A DNA stretch of 64,000 bases, from NCBI GenBank assembly GCA_010015585.1, contig ML975177.1, one strand, 5' to 3'. This document shows, piece after piece, positions 39,200 through 50,272 of this stretch. Each line of letters begins with the position of its first letter. The stretch's first letter is position 1. A model generated the notes under the pieces. That model saw only the letters and a list, made by a program, of their open reading frames with translations, had not been told where the DNA came from and made no database searches. The stretch is from Eremomyces bilateralis CBS 781.70. Its lineage: Eukaryota. The translations under genes were made by a program, and so were the position numbers.

Positions 39200-40043
39200 A
39201 TGTCGAGAAGCACGGATGAACCAAACTATAATATATTCCGAGACATAGTGTCTGAATTCATAATCGCCCAGTTTACGATGCGACAAGTTAAGAAGAAGGC
39301 GACGAAGCGCGCCTCAAGAAAGAGCAATGGATCTGTGTCTATCGAGGCACCAAGAGAAGATAAATCTACGGAGGATGTTGGAGGCCCGGAAGGGCTAACG
39401 GAATTTATTGATGTAAGGACGCAACCACTCCGAAAAGCGTGGCTTAAAAAGGAGGCAGTACATCGCCACAGAGATATTCCAGTCACTCCCAAGTGCGCTC
39501 CGATCCATCTCATACGCAACCTATCGAGACTCCGATGCGGTTCAAGAAACGTATCCTTCCTCGCCTCCTCTTCCCTTCCCCACGATCGATGCTCTCAAAT
39601 CATGCATCCCGCCAGATGTAGCAGAGACCTTATCTCTCTACGTCTCCGTAACATCGGAGCTGGGTGATGTAACAGTCCCCATCGTGCACGACATGATACC
39701 AAACTATATCTCGCAAGCCACCTCCGCTCCACCTTCTCATAACACCGCTCCTCCTCCTCCTAGGTCGCCATGCGAGATCTGCGAGCGCACACAGCTCCCT
39801 CTAACCTACCACCACCTAATCCCGCGAGGTGCGCACGCGAAAGTCGTAAAGTGCGGCTAGCATCGAGAAGAGGAGCTGAATACCGTGGCGTGGCTCTGCA
39901 GAGCGTGTCATAGTTTCGTCCATCGGATTGCGTCGAACGAGGAGCTGGCGAAGGACTGGTATAGCGTGGGGTTGCTGCATCAGCGGGAAGATGTCCAGAG
40001 ATGGGCAGCGTGGATAGGGACTGTTAGGTGGAAGAAGCGTTAG
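39200..40043 (+). pseudogene. HNH-like (CxxC..HH..CxxCH) protein gene with one in-frame TAG
   Basis: After the intron (~39412..39458) the frame reads ..CEICERTQLPLTYHHLIPRGAHAKVVKCG*HREEELNTVAWLCRACHSFVHRIASNEELAKDWYSV..WKKR*. Internal TAG at 39858-39860. Confidence 0.7.
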
Positions 40044-40316
40044 GGGACTCTCGACGCCTTCTTCACAAATTCAGCCAGCAAGTCTGGCGCACTAATAGGA
40101 CGCATTAGTTAGCATAAAGGATGCGTGTAGGACACATACTCCTCAAAGCATTAAGGTCGTCTAGGGTTTGGGGTCCCCAACATGATAAATTATATAATTA
40201 CAATTACAAGCAGTTTTAATGTCCTCGATGACGGCGCTGCTGTGCTCTGATACGACTTATTTCCCCGCGCTTGTCGGCCCAGCAACATGTGCATCGAGGT
40301 AATAATACACCAAATC

Positions 40317-42053
40317 TTATCCAGAACCGCTCTGGTTCGTTCCCGGCAAGCCAACCCAATCCCTCTCGCCCCACAATTTGATGATATCAAGCGCAGCCTT
40401 CATGTCATCTTCCTCCATCCTCTCGTCCAAAATATCTCTCAACCGCTTGCGCTTCTTCTCCAGCTGGGGGGGTCCCCTTTCCCCTTCTGGGCGCGACTTC
40501 GGCTCCTGCTTCTTCTTTTGTTCCCGTAGGCCACCAATGTGATCGGCCCCAGGCCGAACTTCAGGCGTTGACATTGGCGTCGCGATCGCGGCCACGGGCT
40601 GGCGCACGCTGACTTCTTCCGGTTCAGAATCGGACTCGGAATCCGAATCGTCGGATGAAACGTAAGAACTGGTGGATGAGACCGACTCTGAGTCCGTGCC
40701 TTCGGAACTGGTGTAGCTGATCAGACCCGGTTTCCTGGAGATCTCGTCAGGTACTGGAGCAACTCCTTTACGTCCTGCCGCAGGATTTCCAAGAGCCTGT
40801 TGTCTATGGGCCATCCTCGCCTGTCTCACCCTCGCGTACTCCTCATCTCTTTCTTTCCTTTCTTGCTCGGCCTTCTCTCGTTTCTCCTTCGTAGGAAACT
40901 TCTTCTTTCTCTCTTCCAACCACTGGGACAGGTCTCCTCGTTTCCCGATCATCTGCTTCAACTCGAGAAAACGGTAGTTACCCATGGATTGCGCTCGAGT
41001 CACCTGCTCCGTCTCATCAAGGTCTTCTTCGCTCAGTACCGGACTCGGGGAGCGCTCTGGGCCCGACGGAGTGAGTCCCAGTTGATTCGTCTTCCATTTT
41101 CGTTTCCGCTTCTGTCCTTGCGAGGCGGTTGATGAGGTTGGCTGAGTCGGTGACGCCAAGGAGTTGAGATCGAAGCCAAATGAAGGGATAGTAGGAGGTG
41201 CGGACACTCTTGGCTGAGCGGTCGGTTTAGGCCTATGCTGATGGATAGTAGAAGGCGGTCGCGATTGGGGAGATGGACTGAGATTAGTAAAATGTGACCT
41301 CACATCCTGTATTCTTGGATGTGGTGCAGGTTGATATGCTCCGGACGGGTTCGTCCTCTGGGGGTTCTGATAGTCGTTCCCGGAAGCTTGCTGATGTGCA
41401 AACGTAGACGTATTCAGCTCTTGTGGAGTGTCAGGAGGATTTAAACTGCCTGGATCCACAGGCGAGAGAGCGACCATAGCCTGTGCCTGGATTGCATTCG
41501 TCATGTTTTGAGCCATCTGCATAATTTGCTGAGGGCTGCAGCCTTGAAACATGTTTCCGTTTGCTTGCGCTGCCATCATAGTCGAAAGCGCTTGCTGCAT
41601 ATCAACTCCTGAGTTGCCTTGATTCGAAGGGGCAGCAGGGCTGGGAGTTGGAGGGATTGGTCCGGTTTGAGAAGCGTTCTGGTATTGTCCATAACTTTGT
41701 CTCTCGCTATCGCCATTCCTAGCACCATTTTGGTTCAATGACCTTCCACGAGAAGGACGCGGATCGGCCGTATATCCTCCACGGCTCATTCCACCTCTTG
41801 GATAAACCCTGGGAGGAACGTTTCTTGGCCCACTAGATGCGTTATGGAAGCCTCTTCCCCTTCCTCTTCCACTTCCTCGTCCTCGTCCTCTTCCTCGAGC
41901 ATTCGAGAATCCACCTTGTTGGCCATCATTGCCAGGGTTTCCTTGTGAAGGATACGGAGAATCATTGGTTGTATCATAATCCGTCGCAGCCTTTGGGGGC
42001 GGTGGAGGCGGAGGAGGGAAAGCGAATCCTCGTCCGGAACCTTGCGAGGACAT
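40317..42053 (-). CDS. low-complexity protein with NUFIP1/Rsa1-like motif (box C/D snoRNP assembly factor candidate)
   Basis: 578-aa ORF with RG repeats, NQLGLTP, DLSQWLEERKKKFPTK, acidic Ser tract DSDSEPEEVS. Confidence 0.75.
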   Translation of the reverse strand: MSSQGSGRGFAFPPPPPPPPKAATDYDTTNDSPYPSQGNPGNDGQQGGFSNARGRGRGRGSGRGRGRGFHNASSGPRNVPPRVYPRGGMSRGGYTADPRPSRGRSLNQNGARNGDSERQSYGQYQNASQTGPIPPTPSPAAPSNQGNSGVDMQQALSTMMAAQANGNMFQGCSPQQIMQMAQNMTNAIQAQAMVALSPVDPGSLNPPDTPQELNTSTFAHQQASGNDYQNPQRTNPSGAYQPAPHPRIQDVRSHFTNLSPSPQSRPPSTIHQHRPKPTAQPRVSAPPTIPSFGFDLNSLASPTQPTSSTASQGQKRKRKWKTNQLGLTPSGPERSPSPVLSEEDLDETEQVTRAQSMGNYRFLELKQMIGKRGDLSQWLEERKKKFPTKEKREKAEQERKERDEEYARVRQARMAHRQQALGNPAAGRKGVAPVPDEISRKPGLISYTSSEGTDSESVSSTSSYVSSDDSDSESDSEPEEVSVRQPVAAIATPMSTPEVRPGADHIGGLREQKKKQEPKSRPEGERGPPQLEKKRKRLRDILDERMEEDDMKAALDIIKLWGERDWVGLPGTNQSGSG

Positions 42054-42394
42054 TATGATCGTGATGAAATTTGCTGCATCCTAAGACCCTGGCCGGATAC
42101 TATTGGATTTGCAAGATGTTTGAATTAGGAGTTATGATGAGAAATTTGTTGTATGAACAAGATGCAGAGCAATGGAAATGTGAAACCCGATCATCTGATT
42201 GGTCAAACGCCCTTGCAGAGATCCTTTACAGGCAAAGTTCAGTTGACGAGCGATGAGCTTCTTCCAGCGCACATTCGCCACGGGCATATGGCAATCTTAA
42301 CTCTTGACGCACAATCTCGAGGTGTTGGACGAATACATCAGGGAGTAGATAAGTCTCGTTCTTGCGGTGGTTGACCCGACGAATTCCATATGTG

Positions 42395-43492
42395 ATGTTT
42401 ATCCTCGTAAGCCTCCCGATCCTCTACGAAAAAGCTTTAGGATCGACGAATAGCTAATCATCCCGATAGACGACCTTCGACGACCTTATTCAAATTCCTC
42501 CTCAGGAGTTTGACATCCCAAGCCATCAAGTTATCGAGGACAAAATCAATGGGAGATACGCGGATCGGGTAGAATCCATCATCACATTAATTTGAAGTCC
42601 ACGCTAACCGGCCATAGGTGATTCAGAAGGTAGGACTCTGTATCTGCCTTTATGATGTCCTGGAAGTTTCAGATGGTCTCATCGGCCATGGCACTGGAAT
42701 GGTCAACGTCAACGGTATGATCAAGAGCAAGGAATTACGGGACAGAGCCTAATAGATCACAGTGACGTTCCGAATGGTTGTATTTAGACCTTTCCAAGGG
42801 GAAATTCTGGAGGGCACGCTGTGGAACTCGGACGCGGAGGGCATCAAACGTAAGAGCACCGATTTACGACTGCTGCAACGCCGATACTAATTGCCACCAG
42901 TACACACCAACTTCTTCAGCGACATCTACGTCCCCAAGGATGCATTGTTCGACAACACGAACTAGTGAGTGACCTCCGTGAATGATTGTAGCTCCCTCAC
43001 CCCCTAACCCGGCACCAGCAATTCCAAGGAACGTGTTCACGTCTGGGACACCAACCCTGACGCCGCCAACCAACACCCCGGGGCCGCCGATGACGACTCC
43101 CGCTACCTCTGGTTCGATCTCGGCGAGACGGTCCGTTTCCGGATCGAAGGCGAGGTCTGGATGGAAGAGGAGTCCACGACGCCCAAACCGCCGATTATCG
43201 ACGCACCGCCGCCGGGAAAGCAGCCGGATCCTCATCGAGTGAAGGCGGAGGCCGGGGATGTGGGACAGGAGAAAGGCAAGAGCAAGGTTCCCCCGTATCG
43301 TATTATGGTAAGTATAGCTACTACGGGCGTAGGGAAAGAAATGAGTGTTAGGAGCTAATATACGTTACGTAGGCTTCAATGTCGCGAGAGGGACTTGGCC
43401 CCACGATGTGGTGGACTGGAGGGGAGGATGAGGGGATGGATGAAGAATATCAAGAGGAAGGGGAAGCCACCGAAGGCGGTGCTGCGGTGTGA
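42395..43492 (+). CDS. RPC25: RNA polymerase III subunit Rpc25 (RPC8)
   Basis: Manual splicing over six introns gives MFIL|TTFDDLIQIPP..INGRYADR|VIQKVGLCICLYD..DGLIGHGTG.VNVN|VTFRMVVFRPF.GEI..FFSDIYVP..WFDLGETVRFRIE.E.W..PPYRIM|ASMSREGLGPTMWW. Confidence 0.93.
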
Positions 43493-43807
43493 GTTTGGAA
43501 AAACAAAGTATTCCTTACAAATGTTTCCTATATTGTCGAGATACCCTAACTTTGAAAATTGATATTCTATTCCATGATCCATCCAATGAAATTATCCACC
43601 CACTACCAGCTCCCAGTAAGCTCTGCCAGGGTCGGAGTTGATCAGTTGAGGCCTCGATCGTCAGGTCCCATAATTGGTAACGTCATAACGAACCTCAATC
43701 GTTCCTTTCAGAGTCTCAGCTCCAACTCAGACACCACTCTACATCAACAATTTCTATCGCCGTTGAAACCCAGCCACATATTTCGATTGTGTGAACTCTC
43801 CGCGACC

Positions 43808-44086
43808 ATGCCAGCTGAATCCCCCGAATCGCTGGTCCGCTCCTGGGGCTTCGGACACGTCTTCACCTGGAGCGATCGTCCCGACGCGCACTATCCGCCG
43901 CACTCGCACTCCATGCTGACGACGCATTTGATCCTCTATGGATCGTTGACCATCACGTACCCCGACGACGAGGCGCCGACGAAGGAGACGTTTGGAGAGG
44001 GGGCGCGGGTGGACGTGGCGGCGGGGCGGAAGCATGAGGTATGGACAGGGGGGGAGGGGTGTACATATGTGATCGGGGAGATGTGA
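43808..44086 (+). CDS. small RmlC-like cupin protein
   Basis: 92 aa: WGFGHVFTWSD.P.AHYPPHSH..LTTHLIL.G..GARVDVAAGRKHEVW.G.EGCTYVIGE. Confidence 0.8.
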   Translation: MPAESPESLVRSWGFGHVFTWSDRPDAHYPPHSHSMLTTHLILYGSLTITYPDDEAPTKETFGEGARVDVAAGRKHEVWTGGEGCTYVIGEM

Positions 44087-44521
44087 AGGGGTCGCGGATG
44101 AAAAGATGGGGAGCTGGGTAAGGACAGAAATAGCTGTCTAGGGACGAGGAATCCTCCCCAGCCGGGAGATGCGATGAATGGTAGCAATTTATGCGCGCAG
44201 TTAACCGAGATCGTGGTTCGTTCAGACTTCTATGCTACCTTGAATTATTGCTGCTAAGTGGATAAAGAAGCTATAACACAAGTCGAACGTACACCACATT
44301 AGATCCATCCGCAGCCGCTCCCAACATGCATTGAACGCAAACGAGTCCTTCCCCTTCGGTATTCATGATCGATATACTCTCATGGATGATGCTAGGTCAA
44401 GGAAAGTATTAAGACAGACATGCTTAATCCAACGATGCTTATACGTCACGCGGGGCATCAACCAGATTTTGCTAATGCAATTAACCCCGACATACCTCCG
44501 ACAACCCTAAATCCGACACGC

Positions 44522-45720
44522 TTAGTGGAAGAAGATCATGGCGGCAAGAACGCCGAAGAAGAGAGCCACCGGGCTGGCCTTGCTCAGGGCACCGGCGCCG
44601 GGAACGTTGGTAGCAGCGGGAGCCGATCCGCTAGGGGTGCGGGAACCACTGGGGGAGTTCGTTGGCGTGGGGCTGCGCGAGGTCTGTGTGCCATTGGAGC
44701 TGCTGCTGGGGGCTGACGAGGGGGCCGAGGTGGCCGAGGTGCTCTCGGAGGTGGCGCTGGATTTGGAAGACGAACCGGTGCCTCCGGTGATGCCGAACTG
44801 GGCGGAGTAGTTGGGTGCGCCGCCGCCTTGGGAGATCTCAAGGGCGTAGTCAGAACCTGGGGCGAGATCGGACGCGGGAGTCCAGGTGAAAGAACCGCCG
44901 GTCGAGGAGGCTATGGGAAGGGTATATTAGAAGCTGTTGTTGTGAAAGAAAGGGAATGAGAACATACTGGTCAAGGTGGAAATGGTGTCGAGGGCACCAG
45001 GGTTGCCCTTTCGGAGGACGATGGTGACCGGCTAAGAAGGATGAAGTTAGCTAGGTGCTAGAATAGGATAAAATGCGAAGTCCATGTATTGTTGCAGCTT
45101 GCAGGATTGCGCCGTTGTATGCACAAGTCTCAGATTCTCGTGGCATCGCTCCACGGGCCCGCAGTGTGACATAGGCACCCTGCATCTTATACATCTGCCA
45201 AATTCTAGACCGGTGGCTCCAACCGCGACCACTGCATTTTCATAGTAATGTGGGCGGGTGGTTGGTTGGTTGGCCCGAGGCGATCTGCGCGTCGTGCAGG
45301 GCCGGCATGTTGTTAATCAACACACAACAGCAACACCGACAGAAACATCTCGATTGTGCCCCAGTCTCGCATCATCGGTGTCCACTGTACGCTGTGCAAG
45401 CAACCCGTACGACTAGCCGGCAACCTCGACGTTTTTGCGCAATTCTAAATCGCGAGCTGATGCCTTGGATTTTGGAAATAGTGAACGCGAAAAAAACTTA
45501 CCGCGGAACTCGGGGCGGTATAGGTGATGGTGACTGGCTCACCAACACGTGCGCCGGTGCCTGGGAAGTCGTTGATAGCCAGAGTACCCGTGGAAGGACC
45601 AGAAGGCGAGCCAGTGGGAGAGGTTCCTGCGGCAGAAGTAGCAGCACCGCCTGCGCTGGTCTGCGCAAACACCGACGAGGTGAGGGCGAGGCCCGAAAGG
45701 ATCGTAGCGAAGAAGCGCAT
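44522..45720 (-). CDS. GPI-anchored Ser/Thr-rich cell wall protein (Kre9/Knh1-like N-terminal fold)
   Basis: Signal MRFFATILSGLALTSSVFA, VGEPVTITY|PVTIVLRKG..GGSFTWTP.SDLAPGSDYALEI..NYSAQFGITGG, Ser/Thr stalk, hydrophobic C-terminus. Introns 45032..45501 and ~44912..44967. Confidence 0.87.
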
Positions 45721-47749
45721 GTTGATGATGTGTCGCGGGTCGAACAATGGGAGGACGGGTCGGTCAATTACAAGATGATATAGGTTTAATAACGATGGAC
45801 TGCAAGCAGATGCTTGGGATAGGAGTACCCGTTGGAACGATTGAGGGACTGGAATTGAAGATTATTGAGGATAGAGAAAGGAAGACGAGAGAAGGAGAAG
45901 TCGGAAGGAAGAAATAGGGGACGAGATGAACGACGCCTCAGCAGTCAGCACTTTCAGAAGTTAGCACATCATTCAGCAGACAGCAATAACGGAATTTCAG
46001 CACGCTAGTTAAGGGAGGGATTCAGCATTCGTCAATCAGCCAGGCTCCTCTAAACGCAGAGCCTGAGACGCTGAACAGAAGCCGAAGCCTGAGAGATGAT
46101 AGCCACTACGCCTCCAATCCAGCCTCCCTAGCCAAGTGGCGAGTTTCATTTCGCTCTCTCACCGGTCAGGCCATTCTGTGATTCGTGCCGGCAAATTTGA
46201 CGATATTGGTTACTTCTGCCCCTTGCACCGTACTAGCCCATCCCAGCGTGCCACTGGCTTTGAGGCTTTGATGCTACTCCGTACGGTGCTTTTCATCGTG
46301 TTCATGGTGCTCATTGTCACTCGTTCATACTTCATTCCATTGCCACAACGGTCCAGCCATGGCAGTACCAGACACCAGTACACATGGAAATGGGACTTGG
46401 GAGGGCTAAGGCTCTCATGGATTCGATTGTTATTCAAAGACGACGCGTACGGTACAAGAACAATACGCATGATTGTCCCCATCCCGTTAGAGCCGCTAAA
46501 GCCAAGTAGCACTGTAGCAGGGGCTTGGACGGGAGATGGAACTTTCCATCCATTCGACAGGAGCTCATAGTCCTCACTTTTTTACTTTCGGCGCTCGAGA
46601 CGGCCTATCACGAGAACAGGTCGTTTTGTATTTCGTACATATAACATTGACAGTTGATAGGAAGTGCTTGTTTTACTGTTTCACCGTTCCACCGTTTCGC
46701 TGTTTTGGGGAGAAATTTTCAACGGCGGAACATCCTCGCGTTCGCGCCATTAGCGTGCCTGTGATGCTCCCAGCCTGCCACTCCGGCCGGCTTGGGGCTT
46801 GCCACTTGCTAGGCTCAATTCTACCGGCATCTCGACTTAATTTAGTGTCTTAGCCTCGATTCGACCTGTCCTGGTGATCTTTCATTGTTGCCTTCATGGA
46901 GTCATAACTCATCATCCTCATTGTCCTCATTCCTTCCGGTGCAACCCCTCAGGGGTTCTGTTGCAACTGCAATTTCACGGTGAAAGAATTGCATTTGATT
47001 GTTGAATCCTTCGTTCCTGCAGCCATCTGTTCAACCTAGGGATGTGTAAAGTGCGAAAAGTAAGGTCCTTACCGTAAACTAGCCCTAGATTTCTGGAAAG
47101 GTTATTTTTTACCTAACATGACGGTATGATACGCTAGCTTAATATGGTTAGTGTATTTTTGGTATCAGCAGAACGCTAGCCGTATATAGTTAGTGGAGAC
47201 GATTCTACCAAGGCCCCAAATTCCAAACCACCCTCATTTCTATCTACGATATCTTCACAAAACGACATTTAATCTTAATATACAATACATTCCTATAATG
47301 CCCTGATCAAAGGCTACAAAGCAATGTTTATATCACATGAAAAAGTCTATGTTCTACTCACTTCAAACTGTCGCGTCTTCTTGTCAACTGTCGAGCCGAA
47401 AGATGATGCACGTTGCCTTGGGCAACGAGCAGGAATATTTGATGCATTTTCTGCCGCCGCCCATAGCCGTACGAAACCTCACTTATTATTATTATTATTT
47501 ACATGAGCAGATCCCTCTCGATGAGCTGTATAATTTGATATGGATAAGACAATATCTAGACTAGGTTTTCGTTGGTTACGGGTATGCCATTGCGTTGAGC
47601 ATGAAAGTGCTCAACTTCTTGAATAAGTTTGTGGCCACTTTATTCATCAACTACAGAACTCAAAATAATTTCACCAAACATCGATCAATTCGTACTTTTT
47701 TTACATCAAATTATTCGTCTTGATAAGCTCTACTACTCCATCTATTCAA

Positions 47750-49666
47750 ATGCCCCCTAAAGATCGTCTTGTCTGGAAATATTTCGAGGAGCGCCCAAAG
47801 CTTGGCATACCGAAGCAAAAGTATTGTACACTCTGCAATAGATACAGCTGTCAATCGAACGCCACCAGAGAACGCACACATCTCGTTACTATTTGCAAGG
47901 AAAATATGGAGGCAAAGGAATCAGAGAACAGAGGAAAGGATGAGATACAGAGAAAGAGGCCTCTTTCTCCAAATGAAGATGCTTCGCCTATTGTCAAAAT
48001 ACCCAGGCAAACGACGCTGACAGCAAACGGTATTACCTACCGTACGCAGGGCGAGAGACTGCAGGAGAGAATCGAGGCTCTTCTAACGCGGTTCATCGTG
48101 ATGTCTGGATCTCCGTTTTCACTTGTTGAAAACAGCGATTTCCAGAGTTTTATCAAGATACTCGATCCTGCCTTCAAACTCCCTAATCGCGAACGCCTCA
48201 GTGGTGAGCTCCTCGCCGACCTATATCACAAAACATCGCTTCAAGTCCAGCACATTATCGACCATCGACGCGACCATTTCGGCCTCAATTTCTGTCTGGA
48301 CGAGTCGAATAACCAACAGAACGATCGCGTCTTGAACTTCTCCGTTGTCCATCCCGACTTTGGATCGCTTACACTCCATACAAGACCTGTCGATGCGCAA
48401 GCCTCCTTGACTGGGGAATTCTATTACGAATACTTCCGCTCGGTGGTAAAACCGGTGGTGAAAGGAGATTACAAGCGGATCAACAGTATCTCGACGGATA
48501 CCTGCAAGACAATGAGGAAGTTCTGGAAACTCTGTCAAAATGATGAAGAGCTATCGCATATCATCTGTGTACCTTGTCAATCTCACAGTTTAAACCTCCT
48601 CATTGGCGATATCATCAAGATGGACCATTTCCGCGATCATTTCACCACTTTCAAGAATCTCGTCCGCGACCTCTCGTCCTCAAACAAAACCATCGGTGAG
48701 ATTAAAAAGATACAGCAAGAGAACGGACGGAAATATATCGCTTTCGCTTCAGCGGTAGAGACGCGATGGGGAAGTCATATCGCGATGCTGAAATCGCTGC
48801 AGGCGAACAGAGATCCTATACAAGAATTCTTTTTCTCGCGATTACCTCTGCTTACCGGTGATGCGATTAAGAAGCTGAAACCGTACCGCGATGAGATTTT
48901 GGGCCCTGGTCTGTGGAATGAGCTTGATCGGACTCTCCACGTCCTTGATCCTATCACTAAGGCTCTGAAAAAGACGGAATCATCTCGATTAGACATTGGG
49001 CGTGTCGTAAAGCTCTGGAACGACCTTAGGAAAGAGGTTGAGTCTGCAGGAATCCGGTTTGGTATGGATGCCTTCGCAGCGAAGCTCCTCGCGGTGTTTG
49101 ATAAGCGATATCAAGACCAGCTGGATGTCTCATTTCACCACCTCGCGTTTTATATCCATCCAGAGTTTAGGAAAGAGCCTCTCCAAGCTGATTCGCTCGA
49201 TCACATCAAAAGCACGATCCAGGATCTATTTTTTCCAGAGGAGGAAGATGTCCAGGCCTGTCTTGATGAGATTATGCTATTCAAGTCTTCAACGGGCATC
49301 TTTGCATCAAATAAGGACCTAGCGAAGCGAGTTGGTGATCCTGAGGGATACTGGAGGTTTGCGGAGACTCTCCTTCATCGCAGTCGTATCGCTTCTATCG
49401 CTGCCCGCATCTTTTCAGCTCCAACGAGCTCAGTTCCATCTGAACGGGCGTTTTCTATTCAGAATCTCACGATGAGTGCGAAGCGCTCACGATTGGATCC
49501 AGAGAGATGTAATAAGATGATGTACATCTATATGAATCGGCGATCGATGGACGCGATGAAGCAGGAGCGAAAAGAACGCGGTGTTTCGCAGATTGAGATG
49601 GAGGATCTCCTCCTCCAAATTGAGGAGGAAATCGGGCTGCGATATCACGCATTTGACGATGTCTAA
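47750..49666 (+). CDS. hAT transposase
   Basis: Uninterrupted ORF with BED finger (VWKYF..CTLC..THLVTIC), PFSLVEN, catalytic CLDES and STDTC, CxxH (CQSHSLNL), TRWGS, and C-terminal dimerisation motif PTSSVPSERAFS..KRSRL. Confidence 0.93.
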   Translation: MPPKDRLVWKYFEERPKLGIPKQKYCTLCNRYSCQSNATRERTHLVTICKENMEAKESENRGKDEIQRKRPLSPNEDASPIVKIPRQTTLTANGITYRTQGERLQERIEALLTRFIVMSGSPFSLVENSDFQSFIKILDPAFKLPNRERLSGELLADLYHKTSLQVQHIIDHRRDHFGLNFCLDESNNQQNDRVLNFSVVHPDFGSLTLHTRPVDAQASLTGEFYYEYFRSVVKPVVKGDYKRINSISTDTCKTMRKFWKLCQNDEELSHIICVPCQSHSLNLLIGDIIKMDHFRDHFTTFKNLVRDLSSSNKTIGEIKKIQQENGRKYIAFASAVETRWGSHIAMLKSLQANRDPIQEFFFSRLPLLTGDAIKKLKPYRDEILGPGLWNELDRTLHVLDPITKALKKTESSRLDIGRVVKLWNDLRKEVESAGIRFGMDAFAAKLLAVFDKRYQDQLDVSFHHLAFYIHPEFRKEPLQADSLDHIKSTIQDLFFPEEEDVQACLDEIMLFKSSTGIFASNKDLAKRVGDPEGYWRFAETLLHRSRIASIAARIFSAPTSSVPSERAFSIQNLTMSAKRSRLDPERCNKMMYIYMNRRSMDAMKQERKERGVSQIEMEDLLLQIEEEIGLRYHAFDDV

Positions 49667-49838
49667 ATAGCTTCATAACTTCCTACTTTAGCGTGTTTTG
49701 AGTCTGAGATCTCCATCACTTATGGTTGTCTGTGAACATCATCAGTCGTATTACAAATTTGTATGGTAATATGGGCCGGTAAAGTAAAAACCCTATAATA
49801 CCGCCAAGACCCGTAATTACGGGCGATCTATCTTTCAT

Positions 49839-50272
49839 GGCTGGTGAGATTTTCCCCCCCGTTTTGAGATTTTCCCCCCTTCAGAAGTACCAAAACCGCC
49901 GCTTTAGAAATTTACAAGGCAATATAGCCACACTTTCAACATTATTTTTAAATTCAAAACTTAGATAGAGTTCTTTAGGACTCCCTCTTGCTCCTAGACT
50001 CCGAAATTTAATCCTAATAAGTTGTGGTGTTACGTGATTTAGGATTAAAGCTATGGCAGTTTTTTCATACAACTCACCAACTTCAGCACAAAATTAAACC
50101 ACAACGCAGAGGGTATATAGAGATCTAAAATAGTAGGCTCAGTTACCCAGGCTTTAGTATTTTCCTAAGCATTTAAAAATTATATTATTTCGAAGCTGGT
50201 GTTGAGCTGTTTGGCGTTGAAGTTGAAATGTGGCGATTTTGGTACTTCTGAGGGGGGAAAATCTCACCAGCC
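49839..50272. mobile_element. non-autonomous TIR element (MITE), probably Mutator-like, nested in the hAT
   Basis: 9-bp TSD ATCTTTCAT at 49830-49838 and 50273-50281. About 43-bp TIR GGCTGGTGAGATTTTCCCCCC(T)CAGAAGTACCAAAA(C/T)CGCC. AT-rich interior without a credible ORF. Confidence 0.9.

Noticed and set aside
45120..45185. GGGTGC..CTGAGA..ATAC (minus strand) as a TPP riboswitch
   Set aside because: The 3' half of the aptamer is missing and the host gene is unrelated to thiamine.
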